Source of the DNA: Vicinamibacterales bacterium | Lineage (GTDB): Bacteria; Acidobacteriota; Vicinamibacteria; Vicinamibacterales; UBA2999 | Reading direction: 5' to 3' | Length of the DNA: 64,000 nt | NCBI GenBank assembly: GCA_050742535.1 | Contig: JBOGIQ010000003.1 | Span: 1,368-65,367, forward strand | Part shown: positions 1-16,368 of the stretch, piece after piece | Layout: every line of letters starts with the position of its first letter | Numbering within the stretch: position 1 is the first letter of the stretch | Notes under the pieces: generated by a model | Databases searched by the model: none | What the model was told of the DNA's origin: nothing | The model's input: only the letters and a program-made list of their open reading frames with translations | Translations under genes and position numbers: made by a program

Positions 1-2549
<2,549 letters not shown>

Positions 2550-2551
2550 CC

Positions 2552-6769
<4,218 letters not shown>

Positions 6770-6778
6770 CGATCGTGG

Positions 6779-6935
6779 AGTCCGGCTTCAGCCGGATTGC
6801 CGAATGTCGTGTCCGCCTTCAGGCGGACCTGTTTCGTAGGGCACCCCTTCAGAGGTGCCTCCCTCACCCGCCCTTAACCACGAAGGGCGCGAAGAACTCC
6901 TTTATGGTTCTCGTGCCCTTTCTCTTGTACGACTT
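6779..6935. repeat. Composite intergenic palindrome array (REP/MITE-like)
   Basis: Hairpins tccggcTTCAgccgga (6781-6796), GTCCGCCTTCAGGCGGAC (6811-6828) and ggcaccccTTCAGAggtgcc (6840-6859). These are followed by ACCACGAAGGGCGCGAAGAAC pairing with gttctcgtgcccttTc and the CTTGTACG motif. The same modules recur at 7956-8110, 26438-26520 and elsewhere. Confidence 0.85.
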
Positions 6936-7004
6936 GTCGCGCTCGACCTTGGCGACCGGGTCGGCCGGCTCCGCGGACACCTGCTGCCGCGTCTGGCCCT
7001 TGCC

Positions 7005-7034
7005 TTGTTCTGCGGCTGCACATCTGCATAGAAT
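7005..7034 (+). promoter_or_regulatory. Possible sigma70-like promoter for the 7053 cassette gene
   Basis: TTGTTC (7005-7010), 18-nt spacer, TAGAAT (7029-7034), about 19 nt upstream of the ATG at 7053. Pattern match only. Confidence 0.25.
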
Positions 7035-7052
7035 GCCGCGCCGCCGCCACTC

Positions 7053-7680
<628 letters not shown>

Positions 7681-7690
7681 CAGAGGGCGA

Positions 7691-7915
7691 ATGGGCTACG
7701 ACTGTCCCGATGGCGTGGACGTCGCGGTGGACTCGTGTAGCAGCGAGGCAGATGATGCCAAGGCCACGTGTGTCGTCGTGCGCGTCGATCAGCCACCCAA
7801 GAACGGCGTCGAGGTGACGTTCACCGAGACCTACGCGGCGCTCGTCAAACGGATTGCGAGCTGCAGACGGCGCCCGCTAATCGTTCTCGACGGGAAGCTC
7901 GATTTTGCCCCTTGA
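7691..7915 (+). CDS. Hypothetical small protein (74 aa), cassette 2
   Basis: ORF MGYDCPDGVDVAVDSCSSEADDAKATCVVVRVDQPPKNGVEVTFTETYAALVKRIASCRRRPLIVLDGKLDFAP, ATG preceded by AGAGGG. No recognisable family, so coding status is uncertain. Confidence 0.3.
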   Translation: MGYDCPDGVDVAVDSCSSEADDAKATCVVVRVDQPPKNGVEVTFTETYAALVKRIASCRRRPLIVLDGKLDFAP

Positions 7916-7922
7916 GTGTCAG

Positions 7923-7955
7923 CGCGCCCGGGCGCCGACCGGCGACGTCGAGTAG
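7923..7955 (+). other. Third copy of the rpoC terminal codons (remnant, ~30 nt)
   Basis: cgcgcccgggcgccgaccggcgacgtcgagTAG reads [10 protein letters not shown], compared with the rpoC tail GRAPTGDVE*. Confidence 0.8.
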
Positions 7956-8110
7956 ATGTAGTGTCCGCCTTCAGGCGGACCTTCATTCGTAGGCGCCCCT
8001 TCAAGGGTGCCTCCTTCACCCGACGTTAACCACGAAGGGCGCGAAGAACGCGAAGGGCACGAAGCTTCGTTGGCAGGGGCCGACCTTAAGGTCGGCCCTT
8101 TTCTCGTACG
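7956..8110. repeat. Composite intergenic palindrome array (REP/MITE-like)
   Basis: ATGTAG + GTCCGCCTTCAGGCGGAC (7963-7980), ggcgccccTTCAAgggtgcc, CACCCGACGTTAACCACGAAGGGCGCGAAGAAC, gggccgaccTTAAggtcggccc (8077-8098), then TTTTCTCGTACG. Confidence 0.85.
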
Positions 8111-8246
8111 CTCGCGGGCGTCAACCTTGACTGCGTGCAGATTTTCTTGACGAAAGGTCAGCCGGCGCCCTCGGCTTGCTCGGTCTATTTCGTCGTCGAT
8201 GACGCCAATGAGTTGTGCGCGTGGCACGTGTCGGCTGATGGATCAG

Positions 8247-8285
8247 CCGATGGCTGGTCGGGCGCCGACCAGCGACGTCGAGTAG
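8247..8285 (+). other. Fourth copy of the rpoC terminal codons (remnant, ~39 nt)
   Basis: ccgatggctggtcgggcgccgaccagcgacgtcgagTAG reads [12 protein letters not shown], compared with the rpoC tail [12 protein letters not shown]. Confidence 0.85.
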
Positions 8286-8340
8286 ATGTAGTGTCCGCCT
8301 TCAGGCGGACCTGCAGTCGCAGGGCACCCCTTCTTTCGCC
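8286..8340. repeat. REP-like palindrome
   Basis: ATGTAG + GTCCGCCTTCAGGCGGAC (8293-8310), followed by a truncated GGGCACCCCTTC module. Confidence 0.8.
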
Positions 8341-8352
8341 TTCAGGAAGACG

Positions 8353-9801
8353 TTACGGCACCCTGAACTCGCCGTTCGGCGGCGGGGTTACCGCCTTTTC
8401 CTGCGGCCGCGGCAGCTGCGACAACCACGTGTAAGGGACGCGATACGCCCGATAGATCGTGGCCGGCGTCCGTGTCGTGGTATTCGCCGGCGCGTTCATG
8501 AACTCCCAGACGATCTGGCGATCGCTCGTGACCTCGAACACACGCCCGCCCGCGCCTTCGGTGATGAGCGTGTTGCCGTTCGGCAGTCGCTGCGCGCCGC
8601 TGATGTTCGTGCTGAAGAATTGAGCGCCAGCGGTATACGACCAGACGAGGGCCAGCGTCACCGGATCGATCTCGAGCACGCGCGAGGTCGCTCGCGCGTA
8701 GACCCCGGTGCCACGCGGCGCGATGCCGCTCGGCTCGCCGTAGCCACTCGAGCCGCCATTGTCGAAGACCAGGAGGTGTCCCGCGCCGGGCAGCCCTTTC
8801 GGGATGAAGTGCGCGTGGTGCTGCCCGATGATCTGACCGATTGCCCGCGTGGCGTCGGATTCGAGGAAGTTCGGTCCGAGCCTCCACACGATGGAGCCGT
8901 CCCTGGCGATGATTGCGAGCAGGCTCGCTTCGCGGCTGCTGACGATGACGTTGTTCGGCGCGAAGCGCTTGTCGCCCGCGTCGAACCAGCGATTCGGCCC
9001 GAGGTAGGTTGCGGAGTTCAGGTGCAGCCAGTCGAACGCCGCGGGAGCAGCGCCAGCGCCGCGCCCCGCGCCCAATCGACCCGCACCATCGGCCGGGGCG
9101 GGAGCACCGCGGCCGGCACCGGCACGTCCCGCCGCACCGCCGGCACGCGCCCCACGAATGGACTCCCGCGCCCGGGCATCGAAGCCCAGTTCGTCGATGT
9201 GATCGCCGGCGCTCCACTGCCAGACGATCTCGCCCTTGGGCGAGACCTCGATGATGCGGTCGTCCTGCAGGAGCACGTCGGCGATTCCAGGCACGCGGCG
9301 ATCGGTATGCGTGAGCACCAGCGTGTTGCTGCCGGAGCGCGCGGGCGTGAAGTCGGGTGAGTAATAGCCGGCGGGAAAGTCCTCACGCTGCCAGTCGTGG
9401 TGCTGGCGCAGCGACTGTTGCGTCTTGCCGTCGCTGGTTGGAATCTCCTCGTTGCGGTCCAGCCGCCACACAACGTTCCCCGCAAAATCGCGCTGGACCA
9501 GTTCCAACGACTCCTGCCGTCCCGGACGCGCGCCGGCGGCGGCAATGACGTCGCCGTTCGGCAGCACACGCGAGGGACCGCCCGCGGAGTTGTTCAACCC
9601 ATCCCACTGCTTGACGACCTTCCCGTTCATGTCGATGACGACGGCGGCCTGTGTCTGCAGCGGAGAGAGGACCGTGAACCCGCTCCAGGCTCGTGCCGGG
9701 TCATAGATTGTCGTGCCGGTCGGGAATACGGACGGCCCGGCCTGAGTCAGGACCGAGAGCAGGACGGTGACAAAAGCCGTAAGCGCATAGATTGGTCGCA
9801 T
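8353..9801 (-). CDS. Arylsulfotransferase (ASST)-like beta-propeller protein, secreted (482 aa)
   Basis: Signal peptide MRPIYALTAFVTVLLSVLTQA. Motifs typical of the ASST family: HHDWQ, LVLTHTD, DWLHLNS, GQHHAHFIP, VFDNGG. Carries a ~45-aa Gly/Ala/Arg low-complexity insert (plus-strand 9038-9160). Confidence 0.6.
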   Translation of the reverse strand: MRPIYALTAFVTVLLSVLTQAGPSVFPTGTTIYDPARAWSGFTVLSPLQTQAAVVIDMNGKVVKQWDGLNNSAGGPSRVLPNGDVIAAAGARPGRQESLELVQRDFAGNVVWRLDRNEEIPTSDGKTQQSLRQHHDWQREDFPAGYYSPDFTPARSGSNTLVLTHTDRRVPGIADVLLQDDRIIEVSPKGEIVWQWSAGDHIDELGFDARARESIRGARAGGAAGRAGAGRGAPAPADGAGRLGAGRGAGAAPAAFDWLHLNSATYLGPNRWFDAGDKRFAPNNVIVSSREASLLAIIARDGSIVWRLGPNFLESDATRAIGQIIGQHHAHFIPKGLPGAGHLLVFDNGGSSGYGEPSGIAPRGTGVYARATSRVLEIDPVTLALVWSYTAGAQFFSTNISGAQRLPNGNTLITEGAGGRVFEVTSDRQIVWEFMNAPANTTTRTPATIYRAYRVPYTWLSQLPRPQEKAVTPPPNGEFRVP

Positions 9802-9874
9802 GGCGGGCCGATTCTACCGCTAGCGCTCATGGTGGCCGAGCGAAACCGACGTGCCAGGGCGGTAGAATTCGCTG

Positions 9875-10918
9875 GTGCTGAAAAGACCGACCGCCTCAAT
9901 CGCCGCTGCCGTTCTTGCCTACTGGGCGCTCACTGCAGCAGCCGCGCAGGTCCCTCAGGGGCAGCGGCCGGCGGCAGCCGGACGGGGGCGCGGGGCGCCG
10001 GCTCCGGTAACTCGGATCGTGACCTTCGAGGCCGAGCCGGCGACGATCAAGCCTGGTGGGTCGGCGCTGCTGATCTGGCACATCGAGAATCCGCCGTCTC
10101 CGACCGGCTTCAACGGCTTCGGAACCATCGAGCCGGGCGTCGGCCGCGTCGCGCCCCGCGGTTCACAGCGCGTCGCGCCAGCGGCGACGACCACCTACAC
10201 GCTGACGGCCGGCACGGTGACGAAGTCGGTGACGGTCACGGTCCCCGGCACGGTTCCCGTCGCCGCGGCTTCCAGCGCGGCCGCGGGCGCGAGCACCGAC
10301 ATCCCTCGCACCCCTGAAGGCAAGCCGGACTTCTCGGGCATCTTCGGGTGGGGGAATCTTTTCGGTGGGCGCGGGGGCGGCGCGGCGCCGGCGCTGAAGC
10401 CGGGCGCCGAGAAGTACCGGGTGACCCGCGGCGCGCTCGACACCGGAGCGACCTCCGATTGCCTGCCGCTGATTCCGCCCAACTCGTTCGGCGTGCCGTA
10501 CGAGTTCCAGTTCGTTCAGAACAGGAACTACCTCGTCATCCTCCACGAGTACCCGGGAACCTTTCGCATCATCCCGCTCGATGGCGAGCCGCATCAGGTC
10601 GATCCCGATCCTTCATGGCTTGGCGACTCGGTCGGTCGCTGGGACGGCGACACGCTGGTGATTGACACGATTGGCTACAACGACAAGACGGAGATCAGCG
10701 GCTATCGCCACACCGAGGCCCTGCACACGGTTGAGCGCCTCAGGCGCGTGCCCGGCGGCGTCGAGTACGAGCTCACGATCGAGGACCCGAACGTGTTTGC
10801 CGCTCCCTGGACGGTCAATCGCAGCTTCCGGTTCGTCGAGGCGCGGCAGAAGCGGATCTTCGAGTTCGTCTGCGAAAACAACCGCGATTACCGCGTGCTG
10901 TTCGGCGAGAGGAAATGA
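9875..10918 (+). CDS. Secreted protein, 'WEGDTLVV' paralog family member 1 (347 aa) with an extra N-terminal Ig-like segment
   Basis: Signal peptide, PDFSGIF, VGRWDGDTLVIDT, TIEDPNVFAAPW, FEFVCENNRD. Homologous to seven other ORFs in the window. Confidence 0.8.
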   Translation: MLKRPTASIAAAVLAYWALTAAAAQVPQGQRPAAAGRGRGAPAPVTRIVTFEAEPATIKPGGSALLIWHIENPPSPTGFNGFGTIEPGVGRVAPRGSQRVAPAATTTYTLTAGTVTKSVTVTVPGTVPVAAASSAAAGASTDIPRTPEGKPDFSGIFGWGNLFGGRGGGAAPALKPGAEKYRVTRGALDTGATSDCLPLIPPNSFGVPYEFQFVQNRNYLVILHEYPGTFRIIPLDGEPHQVDPDPSWLGDSVGRWDGDTLVIDTIGYNDKTEISGYRHTEALHTVERLRRVPGGVEYELTIEDPNVFAAPWTVNRSFRFVEARQKRIFEFVCENNRDYRVLFGERK

Positions 10919-11050
10919 GTGTGGTCCGAGGGCCGATCGCGCCTGCGGCATCGATAAAGAAATCCTTATTTATGGAACGCCGGTGGGTGTATAAGAGTGG
11001 CCATCCCAGTCAGCCACGATCAGAGGCGAATTCTGTAGCCGGAGGACACT

Positions 11051-13279
11051 GTGCCCTCGAGGACCTCATCACCCCGGTCGATCACGAAGGGTTGCTGGAT
11101 ACTTACCGCTCTTCTGTGTAGCGGCATCTTTGCGACGCCCGCAGCATCGCGGGCACAAAGCCCGACAGACGATGACGTACGAGTCGTTTCAACGCGTGAT
11201 CACTACACGTGCGCGCTCCTCAAATCGGGCGCGGTCCACTGCTGGGGAGTAAGAGAGCCTGGAGGGCCATCTGGCGGCCCCGCGTTGGTGCCTGGCGGAT
11301 TCACGTTCTCGGCCGTGCAGGTGGGAAGCGGACACGCATGCGCACTCCGCTCGACAAAGCAGCTCTATTGCTGGGGAAAGAATGACGAGGGGCAGCTCGG
11401 CCTCGGGACCACAGGTCCGGAGAACATGACCCCGACGGTGGTCGCGGGCGGACTGTTATTCGATTCGATCGCGGCGGGATCGAAACACAACTGCGCCAAA
11501 GCCACCAATGGATTTCTCTACTGTTGGGGTCTCAACTCCCACGGCCAGCTCGGTGACGGAACCAGCGTTCCGTTTTCGACATCCCCACGGCCGGTCATGG
11601 GTCAGCCGCAACTCAGCACGCTCGCGGCCGGCGGCAGTCACTCATGCTATTTGTGGCTTGGCGGCGCCCTGTCGTGCTGGGGGAACAACGCCTTCGGTCA
11701 ACTGGGGATTAATTCGACCACTTCGAAGAAGGTTCCGAGTAGTGGGTCGCCTCTGAAGTTTGGTTCCCTGACGCTTGGCCTCTACCACTCGTGCGGGATC
11801 GTTTCGGGAAGAGTCTATTGCTGGGGGCTCAACAACCAGGGTCAGGTGGGCGACGGGACTGCACCCAACAACCGGTTGGTACCGACCCAGGTGATGGGCA
11901 TCACGAACGTCTCACTGGTGACGGCCGGACGCAATCACACGTGCGCGCTAGCGGATGGTGGTGCCGCCTATTGCTGGGGCGATAACAGCACCGGCCAGAT
12001 TGGCGATAACACATCCGTCGCGCGGCGCACTGTGCCGACGGTGACCTTGGGTGGTGTCGCATTCCAGCAGTTGAGCGCCGGGAAGGCCCATACGTGTGGA
12101 GTAAACAATTCCGGAGATGCGTTTTGCTGGGGTTCGAACGCGGCCGGTCAGCTCGGTGATGGCACCAACACGACGCGGCCCCGTCCCACACAGATAGCTG
12201 GCGCTTCGTATGCCCTGGTCGCTGCGGGTGGCAACTTCACCTGCGGTCTCACGAACGGCGGCGTCGCCTACTGCTGGGGGAATAACACCGCGGGTCAACT
12301 GGGTGACGGCACGACTCGTTCAAGTGCCGCTCCGCGTTCCGCGGTGGGTACAGGGATGACGTTCAAGTCGATTACCGCCGGCGCAGAACACGCCTGCGGC
12401 CTTACCACGGATGGAGCCGCCTACTGCTGGGGGAACAATACGCAAGGCCGCCTCGGTGATGGCACGCAGACGAATCGTACGTTGCCGGTGGCCGTCAGCG
12501 GAGGCATCGTATTCTCAGAGCTCCGCGCGGGAGACGTTCACACGTGCGGGCTGACGGCAACACGCGGCGAATACTGCTGGGGATCCAACGCAGAGGGTCG
12601 CATAGGAGATGGAACGAGCGTGGCCGTTCGGCTGACGCCCGTTTCAATCGCCTCGGGCAGCCTCTCGTACGCGTCACTGGCAGCTGGTGCCAATCACACA
12701 TGTGCCGTCACTTCGACGAAACGAATCGGATGCTGGGGAAGCAATGACTCTGGCCAGCTCGGGGACGGCACCACCGTTGATCGCAGGTCGCTTGTTGAAG
12801 TGCCGGACGCAGATTGGGATTCCATCGCCGCCGGTCAGAGCCATACGTGCGCCCGCAAGTCTCCGTCCTTCTTTCTGTACTGCTGGGGAAACAATCAGTT
12901 CGGACAACTAGGGGACGGCACGAACGCTCAACGCTTGACACCGACGCCGGTCGCAGCCGAACTGAGAGTGAGCGCCATCACGGCCGGGGCGGATCACACG
13001 TGCGCAAATCGCCACAAGGCTCACGCGTACTGCTGGGGACGGAATGAGCTGGGAAAGCTTGGAACGGGAAACCGTGTCGACGCATCGTCACCCGTGGCTG
13101 TTCCGTCGCTCATTTACATTCAGTCGCTTGCGGCTGGCAAAGTGCATACGTGTGCGGTGAACGCAAGCCGGGTCTACTGCTGGGGCGGTAGTAGGTTAGG
13201 CCAGGGAGGGCTCGGTGATCAGAGCATCTGGGGACCATCGTTTCTACCAGTTCAGCTTGAGGTTCCCTCTAATCCCTAA
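11051..13279 (+). CDS. RCC1-repeat beta-propeller protein (742 aa), secreted
   Basis: About 13-14 repeats of the YCWG.N..GQLGDGT motif. GGAGGA lies 5 nt upstream of the GTG start. An N-terminal hydrophobic segment is present. Many more A/T-ending codons than rpoBC. Confidence 0.85.
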   Translation: MPSRTSSPRSITKGCWILTALLCSGIFATPAASRAQSPTDDDVRVVSTRDHYTCALLKSGAVHCWGVREPGGPSGGPALVPGGFTFSAVQVGSGHACALRSTKQLYCWGKNDEGQLGLGTTGPENMTPTVVAGGLLFDSIAAGSKHNCAKATNGFLYCWGLNSHGQLGDGTSVPFSTSPRPVMGQPQLSTLAAGGSHSCYLWLGGALSCWGNNAFGQLGINSTTSKKVPSSGSPLKFGSLTLGLYHSCGIVSGRVYCWGLNNQGQVGDGTAPNNRLVPTQVMGITNVSLVTAGRNHTCALADGGAAYCWGDNSTGQIGDNTSVARRTVPTVTLGGVAFQQLSAGKAHTCGVNNSGDAFCWGSNAAGQLGDGTNTTRPRPTQIAGASYALVAAGGNFTCGLTNGGVAYCWGNNTAGQLGDGTTRSSAAPRSAVGTGMTFKSITAGAEHACGLTTDGAAYCWGNNTQGRLGDGTQTNRTLPVAVSGGIVFSELRAGDVHTCGLTATRGEYCWGSNAEGRIGDGTSVAVRLTPVSIASGSLSYASLAAGANHTCAVTSTKRIGCWGSNDSGQLGDGTTVDRRSLVEVPDADWDSIAAGQSHTCARKSPSFFLYCWGNNQFGQLGDGTNAQRLTPTPVAAELRVSAITAGADHTCANRHKAHAYCWGRNELGKLGTGNRVDASSPVAVPSLIYIQSLAAGKVHTCAVNASRVYCWGGSRLGQGGLGDQSIWGPSFLPVQLEVPSNP

Positions 13280-13319
13280 TCGGTGCCCGTTTCGAATTGC
13301 GCCGGCGTTGATAGCCGCG

Positions 13320-14069
13320 ATGTTGTGGGCCTGGCTAGAGGCCAGCGCGGCTCCTCAGCGAGCGGGCGGGCCGCCGCCGGCAACCCCGCGTTCCGCGCCG
13401 CGCACGCTTGACGGCAGGTCAGATCTGTCAGGGTTCTGGCGCGGGCCGCTGCTGCGGAACATGGACAAGAACGTCCCTGGTGGATTCGCCGCCATCTTCA
13501 CCCCGGCTGGGAAGGCGGCCTACGAGCGCAACCGTACGAAGACGATCAACCCGGAGGGGCTCTGTCTGTTTGCCGGCATTCCACGGGCGAGCATCAGCGG
13601 CGTGCCCTTCCAGATCGTGCAGAGTCCGACGCGAATCGCGTTTCTCTACGAACTGATGTGGACATTCCGATCGATTCCCGTCGACGGACGCAGGATGCCG
13701 GCCGCGCCGGAGCCGTCGTTCTTCGGCACCCCGGTGGGCCGATGGGACGGCGACGTGTTCGTCATCGAATCGGCCGGCTTCAAAGAGGAGCAAAGCTGGC
13801 TGGATGATGATGCCCATCCGCACAGTGAGGCGATGACCGTGGTTGAGCGGTGGTGGCGGCCGGATTTCGACCACCTGGCACACGAGGTCACCGTGACCGA
13901 TCCCAAGTACTACACGCGGCCGTTCACGTTCGACCGCGTGTTCGAGCATATGCCACCGGGCCAGGAGTTAATCGAGTACGCGTGCAACGAGAACAACAGG
14001 GATCTGCCGCGCCTCGGGTTTGGACCGCACGAGCCCGAGATTTACGACAAGCCCAGACCGCAGAAGTAA
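13320..14069 (+). CDS. Secreted protein, 'WEGDTLVV' paralog family member 2
   Basis: SDLSGFW, VGRWDGDVFVIES, VTVTDPKYYTRPF, IEYACNENNRD. The ORF is open from 13215 but that part overlaps the RCC1 gene. ATG 13320 chosen (TTG 13308 also possible). Confidence 0.75.
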   Translation: MLWAWLEASAAPQRAGGPPPATPRSAPRTLDGRSDLSGFWRGPLLRNMDKNVPGGFAAIFTPAGKAAYERNRTKTINPEGLCLFAGIPRASISGVPFQIVQSPTRIAFLYELMWTFRSIPVDGRRMPAAPEPSFFGTPVGRWDGDVFVIESAGFKEEQSWLDDDAHPHSEAMTVVERWWRPDFDHLAHEVTVTDPKYYTRPFTFDRVFEHMPPGQELIEYACNENNRDLPRLGFGPHEPEIYDKPRPQK

Positions 14070-14072
14070 TCG

Positions 14073-14783
14073 ATGCTGCACGCACCGTGGCGCTGCTCTG
14101 CGTCGATCGCGGCCGTGCTGATCGCGACCGCCATCGCCGGTGCCGCCCCGCAAAATCCTGGCGTGGCGACGTACCGCGACCCGCAGGGACGATTCACGTT
14201 CGAGTATCCGGTTTCCTTCGGTACACCTGGTCGCGGCACAGACGACGGGTTCGGGGATCGCGTGGCCGCCGTCCGTTTTTCGAATCTCATGGGCCTCGGC
14301 GGCGAAGCGGCGCTGACGACCGGTCCGATCGCCGTGGACCTTCAAGCGCTCGGCGGCCTGTACGATCCGATCGCACTGCAGGTATTTCCGGATGCGATCA
14401 AGGCGCAGGTCGTGGCGGCACGGCCGGCGATCACCCGTGCCGGCTTCTGCCAGCTGCTCGGCGCGGCCGACCACCTGGGCGCAGCGGCCGCCCTGCCCGA
14501 GCGCGTGCGCGAGGCCGCGCGAAGCGTTGACCGGGTGCGTAACATCGATCCCCGGGTCGTGCGCTGCCAGCTTGCTGGAGACACCGTGACGTTCCACAAG
14601 GAAGCGACGTTCTCGTCGGGTGCGATGTCCGCCCGGCAGCACATCTTCGGCGCCCTCCGTTTCCTGGACGGGCCGTTCAGCGCGTTTCAGATCGTGCGCG
14701 CGGCGCTCGCGCCGCCGACCGACGAGGATCTCGATGCGCTGACGCGAATCGTGCGGTCGTTCACCGCCGCGCGGCAACCGTAG
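14073..14783 (+). CDS. Hypothetical secreted protein (236 aa)
   Basis: Starts 4 nt after the previous stop. Signal-like CSASIAAVLIATAIAGAAPQ. No recognisable domain. Confidence 0.55.
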   Translation: MLHAPWRCSASIAAVLIATAIAGAAPQNPGVATYRDPQGRFTFEYPVSFGTPGRGTDDGFGDRVAAVRFSNLMGLGGEAALTTGPIAVDLQALGGLYDPIALQVFPDAIKAQVVAARPAITRAGFCQLLGAADHLGAAAALPERVREAARSVDRVRNIDPRVVRCQLAGDTVTFHKEATFSSGAMSARQHIFGALRFLDGPFSAFQIVRAALAPPTDEDLDALTRIVRSFTAARQP

Positions 14784-14785
14784 CC

Positions 14786-14820
14786 CTTTTCTTGTACGTA
14801 GTGTCCGCCTTCAGGCGGAC
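14786..14820. repeat. REP-like palindrome
   Basis: CCTTTTCTTGTACG + TAGT + GTCCGCCTTCAGGCGGAC (14803-14820). Confidence 0.85.
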
Positions 14821-14842
14821 TCGCGCGAAAACGGATCACTGA

Positions 14843-15694
14843 ATGTTCGCTGTCCTCGCGTTGTTGTCCGCGCTGTGCTACGGCGCCGCGGACTTCCTTG
14901 GCGGCTTCACGGCCAAGCGAGCCAATACGCTCGCGGTCGTCGTCCTCTCGCAGCTCGCCGGGCTGCTGCTCCTGTTGATGATGCTTCCGTTTTTCCCTCA
15001 CGCCGCACCCGGCCGGGCGGATCTCCTGTGGGGCGCGCTGGCGGGAGTCACCGGTGGGGGAGGCGTGGCACTTCTGTATCGTGCGCTTGCGATTGGCGTG
15101 ATGGCAGTGGTCGCGCCGACCACCGCTGTGTGCGCCGTCGTGATACCTGTCTTCGTCTCGGTGGCGCTCGGCGAACGGCCAGCAGCGACGACGTTCGGAG
15201 GAATAGCTCTCGCGCTTGTCGCCATCGTCCTGGTCTCGCAGTCCAGTGACGGCGGATCTGGCACTCGCGGTGAGGCGGACGAGCGTCGGACGAAGGCCTT
15301 CTTCCTTGCGGTGCTCTCCGGCGTGGTCATCGGGTTCTTCTTCGTTGCGCTGTCGAGGACCAGCAGTCAGGCGGGGCTGTGGCCGCTGGTGGCCGCCAGG
15401 AGCGTGTCGGTCGCGCTCTTCGCCGTGATGGCGTTCTTGACCTCGAAGTCGCTTCGCATCCCGGTCCCGATTCTGGGAACTGTTGCGGCTGCCGGGGCGC
15501 TCGACATGCTGGCGAACTTCTTGTACTTGCTTGCCAGCAGGGCCGGTCCGCTCAGCGTGGTGGTGACGCTGGCTTCACTGTATCCTGCAAGCACGGTGGT
15601 TCTCGCCCGACTCGTTCTGCACGAGCGACTGAGCGCACGCCAATGGGTTGGCGTCGCGTGTGCCCTGGTCGCGGTCGCCGTCATCGTCCGATAA
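14843..15694 (+). CDS. EamA/DMT-family transporter (283 aa)
   Basis: About 10 hydrophobic helices in a duplicated arrangement. The ALCYGAADFLGG start and LVLHERLS motif are typical of the drug/metabolite transporter superfamily. Confidence 0.75.
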   Translation: MFAVLALLSALCYGAADFLGGFTAKRANTLAVVVLSQLAGLLLLLMMLPFFPHAAPGRADLLWGALAGVTGGGGVALLYRALAIGVMAVVAPTTAVCAVVIPVFVSVALGERPAATTFGGIALALVAIVLVSQSSDGGSGTRGEADERRTKAFFLAVLSGVVIGFFFVALSRTSSQAGLWPLVAARSVSVALFAVMAFLTSKSLRIPVPILGTVAAAGALDMLANFLYLLASRAGPLSVVVTLASLYPASTVVLARLVLHERLSARQWVGVACALVAVAVIVR

Positions 15695-15705
15695 CGAGGG
15701 TCTCG

Positions 15706-16113
15706 TTACTTGGCTCTGGCCGCCGTAAACGGCGTCGGTGCCGGCGCCGGGACTCCGGCGCCCTCGGCAAACTTGACGTCGCCGGTGCCCTTCAGCGCGC
15801 CTTCGACCAGCTTGGCCGTGTAGACGACGCTCCCCGACAGTCCCTGCACCGAGATCTCACGCGTGATGGTGATCGTGTCGCCCTTGATGACGACCTCTTT
15901 GGCGACACTCTCTCCGCCCGCCATTGTCGACACCACAGCCTTGGGCGTACCGTCGGGATTCTTCGAGAACGTGAAGGTCCCGGTCTGGCCGTCCTCGTAC
16001 GTCAGAGTCCAGACGCCGACCAGATCGTTGAAGTTGAGTGGGGCCTGAGCCACCACCGACGCTGCCGTTACGGCCAATGTGGCCGAGAGCAGCCATTGCA
16101 TTGCGGGCTTCAT
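15706..16113 (-). CDS. Small secreted protein, lipocalin-like/unknown (135 aa)
   Basis: Start MKPAMQWLLSATLAVTAASVVAQA (ATG 16113), then GVWTLTYEDGQTGTFTF. The longer 154-aa ORF adds a non-signal leader. Confidence 0.6.
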   Translation of the reverse strand: MKPAMQWLLSATLAVTAASVVAQAPLNFNDLVGVWTLTYEDGQTGTFTFSKNPDGTPKAVVSTMAGGESVAKEVVIKGDTITITREISVQGLSGSVVYTAKLVEGALKGTGDVKFAEGAGVPAPAPTPFTAARAK

Positions 16114-16368
16114 CGGACACTCCTTGCTGAAGACAGCGCGGATCATCTCGCTTGGAAACGCACCTGTCAACGAGACAGGTTGGCCCCTTTTCTTGTACGT
16201 GTGACCGCCACGCTAATATTCACCTCCATGCCCGACGTGCACATCCGGCACCTGGACGACGAGGAAGACGAACGACCGTCCGCGCCACCATCCTCCGCGC
16301 CGCCGCATCGTCGGTATTCGTGGCTGAAGATTCTGCTGGAGGTGGTGCTCGCTAGCCGCAGAATCTGA

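Noticed and set aside
7919-8227. Minus-strand 102-aa ORF (MPRAQLIGVIDDEIDRASRG...), and the plus-strand 8135-8434 ORF, in the third rpoC-tail interval.
   Set aside because: Both run through REP palindromes and rpoC-tail remnants, and neither shows family resemblance. This could be a decayed cassette gene, but coding cannot be supported.
16228-16368. 46-aa ORF (MPDVHIRHLDDEEDERPSAPP...WLKILLEVVLASRRI) between two minus-strand genes.
   Set aside because: It has no ribosome-binding site and no homology cue. It lies in a short intergenic or promoter region.
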